From an uncultured delta proteobacterium (GTDB taxonomy: Bacteria; Desulfobacterota; Binatia; UBA9968): a DNA stretch of 64,000 nt. Positions 51,482-60,039 of this stretch are shown here, piece after piece. The notes under the pieces are model-generated. The model was not told the origin of the DNA, ran no database searches, and worked only from the letters and a program-made list of their open reading frames with translations. The position numbers were made by a program, and so were the translations under genes. Where the stretch lies: assembly GCA_963771465.1 (NCBI GenBank), contig CAVYTU010000014.1, forward strand, positions 160,001 to 224,000, in the 5' to 3' direction. Each line of letters opens with the position of its first letter. Positions within the stretch are counted from its first letter, which is position 1.

Positions 51482-53146
51482 CTACTCCGCCCAAGCGCGC
51501 GGGTGAAGCACTTTGTAATCGCTGACGACATCGATAACGACGGGGCGATTGGCGGCGAAGGCTTGTTCTAACGCGGCGCGTAGATCGCTGGCTTTCTCGA
51601 CGCGGATGCCGAGGCAGCCCATGCCTTCGGCGACTTTCGCGAAGTTGGTTTCCTTGAACATCCACATGCTGTGCGCCCGCCCTCGCTGGGTGCCGCCGTA
51701 GGCGGCGTTGAATAGGCGCTGTTCTTGCCCCAGCGAATGATTGTTATTGACCAGTACGACCGTGTTGATGCCAAAGCGCGCGGCGGTTTCTAATTCGGAG
51801 ATGTGATAGTAAAAACCGCCGTCGCCGGTGAAACAAAGCACCGGCCGGTCGGGCAGCGCGCACTTAACGCCGAGCGACGCCGGGAACGCCCAACCCAGCG
51901 AGCCGGCACAGCGAATATAGCTTTGCGTCGCATGCTTGAGCTCGACCATCGTGCCGGTCCAATACGCCGCTTGACCGGTGTCGCCGACGAGCACGGCATC
52001 GGCTGGAAGAAAATCGGAAATCTCCCGGCAAATGCGCTCGGGACGGATCGGTGTTTGATCCGAGTTCCACGCCGCCTTCACTTCTTCGCGCCACTCGCTC
52101 TTCAAGCGCTGCACGGCTTCGATCCAGTTCGAGCGCGCCACCGGCTCTTTGATGAGTTCGTTCATGCGCCCCAGCGTCGCTTGTGCGTCGCCGACCAGGC
52201 CGACGAGCGCGGGATAGCTGCGACCGATCTCTTCCGGATCGATATCGAGTTGAATGACTGGCGTGCCGGGTTTGGGAATACGCCAATTGTGCGTCACCTG
52301 GCTGCCGGTGTGGCTGCCGATGAAAAAGACCAGGTCCGCTTGCGCGACGGCACGATTGGCGCACCATCGCGAGTAGGTGCCGCACACGCCGGCGCTGAGA
52401 GGATGGTTTTCGGCAATCGCCGCTTTGCCATGGAGCGAAGTTACCACCGGCAACGACAATTTTTCAGCCAGCGTCACAACTTCGGCTTCTGCTTGGGAGC
52501 GAATTACGCCGCCGCCGGCGATAATGACCGGCCGCTCGGCTTGGAGCAATGTTTGGATTGCGGCGTTGATATCCGCTAGATCGGCTTGGGGTCGAAACGC
52601 GGGATAGCGGGAAAACTGCGTTTCGAAAATCAGATCAAGATCGCTTTCTTCTTCGAGCACGTTGCCGTGGCGCCCGCGCATGCGCACATGCACCGGACCC
52701 GGCGCGCCGGTAGTGGCAGCGCGAAAGGCCTGGCGCAATAGGTTAGGCAACAGGCGCACATGATCGACTTCGACGCTCATCTTGGTCACCGGTTCGAACA
52801 CGGAAAAATCCTCGACCTCCTGGTAAACATGGCGGTAACGTGACGCGGTATCGGCGCCGCCGGTGATTGCGATGATCGGCGAGCCGGACATGCGCCCGTC
52901 GCGCAGACCGGCGGCGAGATTCATGGAGCCGACGTTTTGCGCCAGGCAAATGCCCGGCCGGTGCGACGCACGCGCGTAGCCGTCAGCCATGTACGCGGCG
53001 GCTTTCTCGTCATGGCAGGTGACGCGCGTGATCTCGCTATCTTCCATTTCCGCCATCGCCGGGATCATGATGGTCGGGACAAAAAACAAATGGGTGACGC
53101 TGTACGCCTTCATCGCCTCGGCAAAATATTTATCGCCAGTCATCAT
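51482..53146 (-). CDS. Thiamine-diphosphate-binding enzyme (acetolactate synthase large subunit-like)
   Basis: DEKAAAYMADGYAR, GPVH, GDGGF...N TPP motif. Confidence 0.9.
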   Translation of the reverse strand: MMTGDKYFAEAMKAYSVTHLFFVPTIMIPAMAEMEDSEITRVTCHDEKAAAYMADGYARASHRPGICLAQNVGSMNLAAGLRDGRMSGSPIIAITGGADTASRYRHVYQEVEDFSVFEPVTKMSVEVDHVRLLPNLLRQAFRAATTGAPGPVHVRMRGRHGNVLEEESDLDLIFETQFSRYPAFRPQADLADINAAIQTLLQAERPVIIAGGGVIRSQAEAEVVTLAEKLSLPVVTSLHGKAAIAENHPLSAGVCGTYSRWCANRAVAQADLVFFIGSHTGSQVTHNWRIPKPGTPVIQLDIDPEEIGRSYPALVGLVGDAQATLGRMNELIKEPVARSNWIEAVQRLKSEWREEVKAAWNSDQTPIRPERICREISDFLPADAVLVGDTGQAAYWTGTMVELKHATQSYIRCAGSLGWAFPASLGVKCALPDRPVLCFTGDGGFYYHISELETAARFGINTVVLVNNNHSLGQEQRLFNAAYGGTQRGRAHSMWMFKETNFAKVAEGMGCLGIRVEKASDLRAALEQAFAANRPVVIDVVSDYKVLHPRAWAE

Positions 53147-53200
53147 CGCCGCTCTCCTGCTGCCAACTATATTCGAAATCCATCGACTGTTTCAAAATTT

Positions 53201-53480
53201 CTACTTCCTCAATCCCAACTCGCGCTGCGCCTCGAGCAGCGGCGCGATGTCGGCAACTTCTGCAAGCGCAATTGGCCGCGCCATTTCATCGACTTGCGGA
53301 GACCTTCCAGCACCACGCGCATGCCGTCTTCGGGAATACTGCCGTCGGCGCTGAACGCGCTGACAGCGGAATCGTAGCCGGCTTCGGCGAACTCCGGTTT
53401 GGATTTGGCCCAATTGACGAGCACCTGAATAGTTCCATCGCGATTCTTTAGAATATAGCCATTAGCTTTTAAACCCATCA
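53201..53480 (-). pseudogene. C-terminal remnant of an NMT1-type SBP
   Basis: ...AGYDSAVSAFSADGSIPEDGMR... and RPIALAEVADIAPL.EAQRELGLRK align by eye to the C-terminus of 55007-55975; the N-terminal part is missing. Confidence 0.7.
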
Positions 53481-53604
53481 AAACCTCCGCTTCGAGTAAC
53501 TTGACAGTCACGACAGCAGAAGATAATTCAGCCAATGAACGTAACTAAGCTCTTACACTCGGACGGCGACCGAATGCAAAGTCCGGATTAGGTATTGTGA
53601 ATTG

Positions 53605-55023
53605 ATGGCTTACAACGATCTACAAGAGTATTTGACCCGATTGGAGTCCGCCGGCAAGCTCCACTGGATCGAGCAGCGTGTCGATCCGGCTTGGGAAGTG
53701 ACCGCGATCACACGGCAAGTGTTCGACCGCTACGGCTGGAACGCGCGCCCGGCGTTAGGGTTTCGCCAGGTCGGCGTCAGCGAGTTTCCCCTGGTGATTG
53801 GCGTGATCGGCGGCTCGCCGGAAATCTACGCGCTGGCGCTGTCGACGACGGTGGATCGCATTGCCGAAGTGTGGGAACGCGGGCAGCGTCATCCCATCGA
53901 TCCGGTCACCGCGCCCAGCGGACTGTGCAAGGAAATAATCCTGCGCGGCTCGGAAATCGACCTCGGCAGTTTACCTCAAGTAGTGTGGACACCAGGCCAA
54001 GATCCCGGGCCTTATATCACCGCGCCCGTAATTATCACCAAGGATGCCGAAACCGGCCGGCGCAATGTCGGCACGTACCGGCTTCAGTTAAAGGGCGCCA
54101 ACCGGCTCGGCTTATACGTCGGCGCCGCGCAGCACGCGGCGAAACACATTCGCCAATATGAAGCGATGAAAAAGGACATGCCGGTAGCAATCGCCATCGG
54201 CGTCGATCCAACCATTGTGCTCAGTTCGATCAGCAAATTCCCCTATGGCACCGATGAGCTCGCCGTCGCCGGCGGCCTGCGCGGCGAAGCCGTGCCGTTG
54301 GTCCGTTGCGAGACCGTCGATCTCGAAGTGCCGGCCAACGCCGAGATTGTCCTGGAAGGAATTATCCGCGCCGGTTATCGCGAGCAAGAAGGACCGTTCG
54401 GAGAATTTTCGGGTTACATGAGTTCCGGCGGTCAACAACCCGTCGTCGAGCTCACCTGCATCACCCGGCGGCGCATGCCCGTCTATCATAGTTTCTTGAG
54501 TCAAATGCCGCCGAGCGAGTCGAGCTGCATTCGCAGCATCAGCCGGTCCGCTGCCGTTTATCATCATCTCCGCGAGGTGCTCGGCCTACCGGTGCGCGCG
54601 GTTCATTTCACCGAAAGCGGCGGCGCCAGTTGCGTGCTGGTGATCTCGATCAAGAAGGAATATCCGGAGCAAGTCAAAGAAGTCGCCTGGGGCGCCTGGT
54701 CGCTAATGAACAAAGAAGGCAAATTCACCGTCGTCGTCGACGACGACGTCGACGTGCACAATCCCTTTCAAGTCGAATGGGCGATGAGTTTTCACGCCCA
54801 ACCCGCGCGCGATACGTTCATGGTGGACGGCGTCGTACCGTCCGGCGTCGATCCGTCGACGGCGGCCGCGGACATTCCTCAACATGACCCGCGCCGGCGC
54901 ACCGGCAGCAAGATTCTGATCGACGCCACGCGCAAACATACCTATCCACCGCGCGCGCGCGTGCCCGCGGAATTCATCGACAGAGCCAAAGCCAAGTGGC
55001 CCGAGTATGGCTTCACGAAATAG
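53605..55023 (+). CDS. UbiD-family prFMN-dependent (de)carboxylase
   Basis: RNVGTYR, VAIAIG.DP, VPANAEIVLEG, EGPFGEFSGY, VVVDDDVD, IDAT. Confidence 0.92.
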   Translation: MAYNDLQEYLTRLESAGKLHWIEQRVDPAWEVTAITRQVFDRYGWNARPALGFRQVGVSEFPLVIGVIGGSPEIYALALSTTVDRIAEVWERGQRHPIDPVTAPSGLCKEIILRGSEIDLGSLPQVVWTPGQDPGPYITAPVIITKDAETGRRNVGTYRLQLKGANRLGLYVGAAQHAAKHIRQYEAMKKDMPVAIAIGVDPTIVLSSISKFPYGTDELAVAGGLRGEAVPLVRCETVDLEVPANAEIVLEGIIRAGYREQEGPFGEFSGYMSSGGQQPVVELTCITRRRMPVYHSFLSQMPPSESSCIRSISRSAAVYHHLREVLGLPVRAVHFTESGGASCVLVISIKKEYPEQVKEVAWGAWSLMNKEGKFTVVVDDDVDVHNPFQVEWAMSFHAQPARDTFMVDGVVPSGVDPSTAAADIPQHDPRRRTGSKILIDATRKHTYPPRARVPAEFIDRAKAKWPEYGFTK

Positions 55024-55975
55024 CCCCATAGCCATCTTAGTTTTTACCGCGCTAGGATTCGCCAGCATCGCCAACGCCGCTGACAAAGTGCGGGTGTCGG
55101 TGACAAATTACAACATGAGCTATCTCGCCGCCGGCGTGGCGGCGAAAAAGGGCATTTTCAAAGAGGAAGGTCTGGACGTCGAGATCATCCGCATGAACGC
55201 CAACGTGGCGATGTCAGCGCTGATCGCCGGCGAGTGCGACTACACCATGATCTTCGCCTCGGTCATTCGCGCCGCCATGCGCGGCATACCGCTCAAAGTC
55301 ATCGCCGTGCTCATCGACAGCCCGCCCTACGCATTCATCGCGCGGCCCGAGCTAACGAATTTAAAAGCGCTCAAAGGCAAAACCGTGGGTATCGGCGTGT
55401 TCGGCAGTTCCAACGACGTGGTCGCGCGCTTGATGCTGGAACGTTCCGGTATCGAGCCCGACAAAGAAACCAAACTGATCGCGTTCGGTTCCGATGCCGC
55501 GCGCTTCGCCGCACTCAAAGAAGGCTTGGTCGACGCCGCGATCATCGCTCCGCCGGCTGATTCTCAAGCGCGCAAGCTCGGCCTCACCGTGCTGGCCCGG
55601 GCCAACGATTTTTTTAAATTTCCGCACATCGGTCTCGGCACCAGCAGTAAAAAACTCAAAGAAAAACCGCAGGAAGTCGTCCAAGTGATCAAAGCGTTCA
55701 TTCGAGCCAATCGCTTCGTGCGCGACAACCGCCAGGAAGCGATTAACATCCTGGCCGACTGGGGCAAATCGCAGCGCGAAGATGCGGCGGCAGCGTACGA
55801 TTCCACCTGGCAGCTGTTCAGTCCCGACGGCACCATGCCCGACGATGGCATGAAGCTGGTAATCGACGATGCCAAAAACGCCATCAAACTGACTCGGCCG
55901 GTAGCGATCGCTGAAGTCGCCGACGCCAGCGCGCTGCGCGACGCCCAGCGCATGCTCGGCATCAAAGCGAAGTAG
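55007..55975 (+). CDS. NMT1/TauA-type ABC substrate-binding protein
   Basis: Signal peptide; GIFKEEGLDVEII; LKGKTVGI. Confidence 0.88.
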   Translation: MASRNSPIAILVFTALGFASIANAADKVRVSVTNYNMSYLAAGVAAKKGIFKEEGLDVEIIRMNANVAMSALIAGECDYTMIFASVIRAAMRGIPLKVIAVLIDSPPYAFIARPELTNLKALKGKTVGIGVFGSSNDVVARLMLERSGIEPDKETKLIAFGSDAARFAALKEGLVDAAIIAPPADSQARKLGLTVLARANDFFKFPHIGLGTSSKKLKEKPQEVVQVIKAFIRANRFVRDNRQEAINILADWGKSQREDAAAAYDSTWQLFSPDGTMPDDGMKLVIDDAKNAIKLTRPVAIAEVADASALRDAQRMLGIKAK

Positions 55976-55989
55976 AGTGAAAAAGACTA

Positions 55990-56071
55990 TTCACCACGAA
56001 GGACACGAAGAGCACGAAGGTCGGACAAATTATTTCCGAAACCTTCGTGTGCTTCGTGCCTTCGTGGTGAA
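55990..56071. repeat. CACGAAG nonamer palindromic repeat
   Basis: ttcaccacgaag gacacgaag agcacgaag ... cttcgtgtg cttcgtgc cttcgtggtgaa. Confidence 0.85.
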
Positions 56072-56105
56072 AACTATCTTCGCATAAAACTAGGAGAACT
56101 CACTC

Positions 56106-57215
56106 ATGGTTAACTTCATGGACTTTTACTACACCGGACCCGACACGCTGGCGGGCCGCTACATGCGAAAGTTTTGGCATCCGGTGTACCGCGCCCAAGA
56201 CTTAAAACCGGGCTGGGCCAAGCCGATCAAGATCATGGGCGAGCAGTTCACCCTCTATCGCGGCGACGGTGGCAAACCGCACGTCGTCGACTTTCGTTGC
56301 CCGCACCGCCAAGCGCAACTGTCTATCGGCTGGATCGAGGACGACTCGATTCGCTGCCGCTTTCACGGTTGGAAGTTCGATCAAACCGGCCAGTGCGTCG
56401 AACAGCCCGCGGAAAAAGAATCTTTCGCCGAGAAAATGCGCATCCGCAGCTGCCCGACGGAAGAATACCTCGGCCTAATCTTCGTCTACTTCGGTGAAGG
56501 CGCGCCGCCGCCGCTACCGCGTTATCCCGATTTCGAGAAAGATAATCTATGGGCGGAAACCTATGTGCGCCCGTGCAATTACGTCAACAATTTAGAAAAC
56601 GATCCGATCCATATTCCGTTCACTCATCGCGAATCGGAATTCTACATGAATCGGCCGCCGGAAATTCCCGACATCAGCGTCGAGGAGAGCGAGTGGGGCG
56701 TGATTTTACAATCGCGCTTTCCCAGCGGCAGGCTCTACATCACACAGCATGGTTTGCCGAATATTCTTTGCTTCAGAGAGCGCGACCGCGATCACTTGGC
56801 GTGGCGCGTGCCCGTCGACGACGACAATCACTGTAGCTTTCAGCTCGACGTGACCCATATTACCGAAGGCGACGAAGGCGAAGCATATAAAAACCGCCAC
56901 AAAGCCCGCGACGGCAAGCTCGGGCGCTCGCCCAAAGAAATCGGCGAAGCCGTTTTGCGCGGCGATCTGCGCATTCAGGATATCGACGGGCCGGAGCGAT
57001 CCAACATCGTCTGGATTCAAGACTACGCCACCCAAGTCGGCCAAGGGCCGCTCGATCTCAGAAAGAAGGAAATGCTCGGCCGCTCCGACCGGGCGCTGAT
57101 CCTGATCAGAAAAATCTGGGAGCGCGAGTTGCAAAGTCTCGAGGCCGGCAATCCGCTCAAGCAATGGCAACGCACGGAACGGCTGGCAGCGCTGCATTCA
57201 AGTGCGAACGATTGA
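56106..57215 (+). CDS. Rieske non-heme iron oxygenase alpha subunit
   Basis: GPDTLAGRYMR.FWHP, CPHR...CRFHG, ENDPIHIPFTH, QDYATQVGQG. Confidence 0.9.
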   Translation: MVNFMDFYYTGPDTLAGRYMRKFWHPVYRAQDLKPGWAKPIKIMGEQFTLYRGDGGKPHVVDFRCPHRQAQLSIGWIEDDSIRCRFHGWKFDQTGQCVEQPAEKESFAEKMRIRSCPTEEYLGLIFVYFGEGAPPPLPRYPDFEKDNLWAETYVRPCNYVNNLENDPIHIPFTHRESEFYMNRPPEIPDISVEESEWGVILQSRFPSGRLYITQHGLPNILCFRERDRDHLAWRVPVDDDNHCSFQLDVTHITEGDEGEAYKNRHKARDGKLGRSPKEIGEAVLRGDLRIQDIDGPERSNIVWIQDYATQVGQGPLDLRKKEMLGRSDRALILIRKIWERELQSLEAGNPLKQWQRTERLAALHSSAND

Positions 57216-57259
57216 ACGCGTGGTCACAAAACATACTCAACAAATCATGGCTCCGTATC

Positions 57260-57346
57260 CGTCTTTCCCGCGCACGCGGGAATCCAGATCCCTCTCCGCC
57301 TGGATTCCGGGTCGAGCTAGCTCTCGCCAGCTCGCCCGGAATGACG
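57260..57346. repeat. REP/BIME-like element, same family as 32422-32505
   Basis: cgtctttcccgcgcacgcgggaatccag ... ctggattccggg ... cccggaatgacg. Confidence 0.8.
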
Positions 57347-57392
57347 ATTGAGGCAAATTAAACTCACTCGAGATCATTCGACAAAAAGGCAA

Positions 57393-58358
57393 ATGAAAAG
57401 TCTTTTTCAAATCGTCGTTGTAGTTCTATTGACCGGCGTGGCACTTCAGGTCAACTCCACCGTCCATGCCAAAACCATTACAGTTGCCTATCCATCGCCA
57501 TCCTGGAACACTTCACTTCCTGTCAGCACAGCGCGGGATTTCGGCATCTTCGCCGCCGAAGGTTTGGATGTTCGGCCGGTTTACGTGCGCGGCGGACCAG
57601 TGGTCATGGCGGCATTGCTCAGCGGCGAAGCCGATTACGCGATCATGGCCGGCGTCACCGCGGTGACCAGTATCGCGCGTGGGGCCGAAGTCGTTATCGT
57701 CGGCGGCCACACCGCTTACATCGACCAGGTGCTCGTCGGCGCAAAAAACGTAACTAAGCTTGCCGATTTGAAAGGCAAAGTGGTCGGCGTCACCGGCGCC
57801 GGCGGAGTCACCGAATTCGCCACCGTCGAAGCGCTGGCGCGCAAAGGTCTCGTGCGCGACCGGGATTATTCCGTGCTCTACGCCGGCAACAGCCCGGCGC
57901 GCGTCAATGCGTTGGAATCCGGCGTCATTCACGCCGGCGCCTTTTCCGCCAACGAAAAAGTCGTCATGGACGAACGCGGCTTTCCCCTGCTCCTGGAAAC
58001 CGGCAAAGCGCTGCCGGAATTTCCCTTCATGGTCGTGGTCACGTATCGGCAGAAGCTGAAGAGTAATCCCACCGAAGTCGTGGCGTTCTTGCGCGCGTTG
58101 CGTAATGCCATGAACGTGATCCAGACCAGCAAAGACAAAGTCATCGCCGCGGCGGCAAAAAAAGATCCCAACGCAAACGTCAACGTCTTGCGCAAATCTT
58201 TGGACTATACGCTCGATAGCTTCTCCATCGCTCTGGCAAAGAAAAACATTCAAGCGTTGGTCAGCGCGGCGAAGCTCAACGTGAACTTAGACGCTCCAGG
58301 TGTCGGTGAAAAGTTTTTCGTCGACGACTTTCTCACGCGAACGCTAAGCGTGAAATAA
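57393..58358 (+). CDS. NMT1/TauA-type ABC substrate-binding protein
   Basis: Signal peptide; GIFAAEGLDV; LADLKGKVVGVT. Confidence 0.88.
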   Translation: MKSLFQIVVVVLLTGVALQVNSTVHAKTITVAYPSPSWNTSLPVSTARDFGIFAAEGLDVRPVYVRGGPVVMAALLSGEADYAIMAGVTAVTSIARGAEVVIVGGHTAYIDQVLVGAKNVTKLADLKGKVVGVTGAGGVTEFATVEALARKGLVRDRDYSVLYAGNSPARVNALESGVIHAGAFSANEKVVMDERGFPLLLETGKALPEFPFMVVVTYRQKLKSNPTEVVAFLRALRNAMNVIQTSKDKVIAAAAKKDPNANVNVLRKSLDYTLDSFSIALAKKNIQALVSAAKLNVNLDAPGVGEKFFVDDFLTRTLSVK

Positions 58359-58384
58359 TAAAGGTCTTTGGCAAATCAGAGAAA

Positions 58385-58471
58385 AAAATCTCCCCTATCC
58401 CCTCTTTGTTAAAGAGGGGTAAATTGCTCGGCGCATGGATGGGCGAAAAAGGGGGGATCAAGGGAGATTTT
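58385..58471. repeat. REP-like palindrome (CCCCTCTTT..AAAGAGGGG family)
   Basis: aaaatctccc ... cccctcttt gtt aaagagggg ... gggagatttt. Confidence 0.7.
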
Positions 58472-58520
58472 CTTCGGCGAAGAGAAGCGAGTTTCAACTA
58501 ATCGATAAGGCTGGTACACG

Positions 58521-59465
58521 ATGAACAAACCTGATCTCAGCTTGATGATGACGCACTACGACCGAACCCATCCACTGTTCTCGGGCGCAGTGACCATCGA
58601 CGGCGCCCCGCTCAACGTCTGCCCGCCGCCGATGCAAGGCGATGCCTGCTACAAACCAGTTTACGAACAGTTCGACATCGCCGAAATGTCGCTTTCCTGG
58701 TACGTCATGGCGCGACTGCGCGGCGAGCCGTTGATTGCGCTGCCGATTTTTCCGCTGCGCATGTTCATTCAGCCGTACTTATTCTGCCGCGAGCCGTCGG
58801 CCATCAATCGGCTGGAAGATTTGCAAGGCAAACGGATCGGCATCCAGCAATACCGCATCACGGTCGGTCTGTGGGCGCGCGGCCTGCTCAAAGAACACCA
58901 CGGCGTCGATTATGCGCTCAATGAATGGATCACCAGCGAACCGGAAGGCGCGGGATTTCAAATTCCCGCCGACATCAATTTGCAACTCAGGGATGAAACT
59001 CTCGAAACTCTTCTGCTCGACGGTGCCCTCGACGCCCTGATCTTGCCCAACGTATCCAAGCTCTTTCGCGCCGGCGATCCGCGCATCCGGCGAGTCTTTG
59101 CCGATTGCCGCGGCGCCATCGATGACTATTTTCAAGCCACCGGTATTTTCCCGATCACTCACACGATGGTCGTACACCAGCAGCTGCTCGCCCAATATCC
59201 CTGGCTCTGCCACCAGCTCGTCGATGCATTTAATGAAGCGGATCGCCAATGCCGGATCGCTTACGAGTATCCCAAACGTTTTTCCTTTCCCACTGCCGTG
59301 CTCTTTTTGGAAGAGGAAGCAAAACGTTTCGGCGAAACTCCCTGGGTGCATGGACTCGAACCGAACCGAAAGATTTTGGAAAAGTTCCTCGCGTACGCCA
59401 AGGATCAAGGCTACATTCCGTTTCAACCGGCGCTGGACGACATCTTCGCGCCGCTGCGTGATTAA
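58521..59465 (+). CDS. 4,5-dihydroxyphthalate decarboxylase-like protein (SBP fold, no signal peptide)
   Basis: YDRT.PL..G.V..DG, FDIAEMSLS.Y, ALPIFP.R.F, DL.GKRIG, TGIFPI.H. Confidence 0.8.
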   Translation: MNKPDLSLMMTHYDRTHPLFSGAVTIDGAPLNVCPPPMQGDACYKPVYEQFDIAEMSLSWYVMARLRGEPLIALPIFPLRMFIQPYLFCREPSAINRLEDLQGKRIGIQQYRITVGLWARGLLKEHHGVDYALNEWITSEPEGAGFQIPADINLQLRDETLETLLLDGALDALILPNVSKLFRAGDPRIRRVFADCRGAIDDYFQATGIFPITHTMVVHQQLLAQYPWLCHQLVDAFNEADRQCRIAYEYPKRFSFPTAVLFLEEEAKRFGETPWVHGLEPNRKILEKFLAYAKDQGYIPFQPALDDIFAPLRD

Positions 59466-59500
59466 CATTCACTCCGCTGGGAAATATTGGAGGTTAGCAA

Positions 59501-59923
59501 ATGAAATTGACGTTAGACAAAGCCAACGTGATCGCTGACAAAACTCTCGCCAAGGCGCGTGATGCCAAGTATCGCCCGATGTGCGTCGCCGTACTGGACG
59601 ACGGCGGCCATCTAAAAGTGCTCAAGCGCGAAGACGCCGCCAGCATCCTGCGCCCGGACATCGCCATAGGCAAAGCTTGGGGCGCGGTCGGCATGGGCGA
59701 ATCGAGCCGTTCGCTGAGCGAGCGGCTCAAAGAACGGCCGGCGTTTCTCGGCGCATTGTCGACCATGTCGCAAGGCAAAGTCGTGCCGGTGGCCGGCGGT
59801 GTGCTGATCATGGACGGCGCTGACATTATCGGCGCCGTCGGCGTCAGCGGCGGCACCGCTGACGAAGACGAAGCCTGCGCCATCGAAGGCATCAAGGCCG
59901 CCGGCTTCGTCGCGAAATCTTGA
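59501..59923 (+). CDS. GlcG/HbpS-family heme-binding protein
   Basis: VAVLDDGGHL, IA.GKAW, GGV.I....IIGAVGVSGG...EDE.CA. Confidence 0.9.
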   Translation: MKLTLDKANVIADKTLAKARDAKYRPMCVAVLDDGGHLKVLKREDAASILRPDIAIGKAWGAVGMGESSRSLSERLKERPAFLGALSTMSQGKVVPVAGGVLIMDGADIIGAVGVSGGTADEDEACAIEGIKAAGFVAKS

Positions 59924-59970
59924 GTGGCACTTGTAAGCGTTGCGATTGGCAGCTGTGAAAATGACAGGGT

Positions 59971-60022
59971 TCGAGGATGGAGGATCGGCAGGTCGAGGAT
60001 AGCGGTCGAAGATGTAAGATCG
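59971..60022. repeat. GAGGAT-type heptamer repeat remnants
   Basis: tcgaggatggaggatcg ... tcgaggatag ... tcgaagatgtaagatcg. Confidence 0.5.
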
Positions 60023-60039
60023 AAAGAATCCGAGATAAT

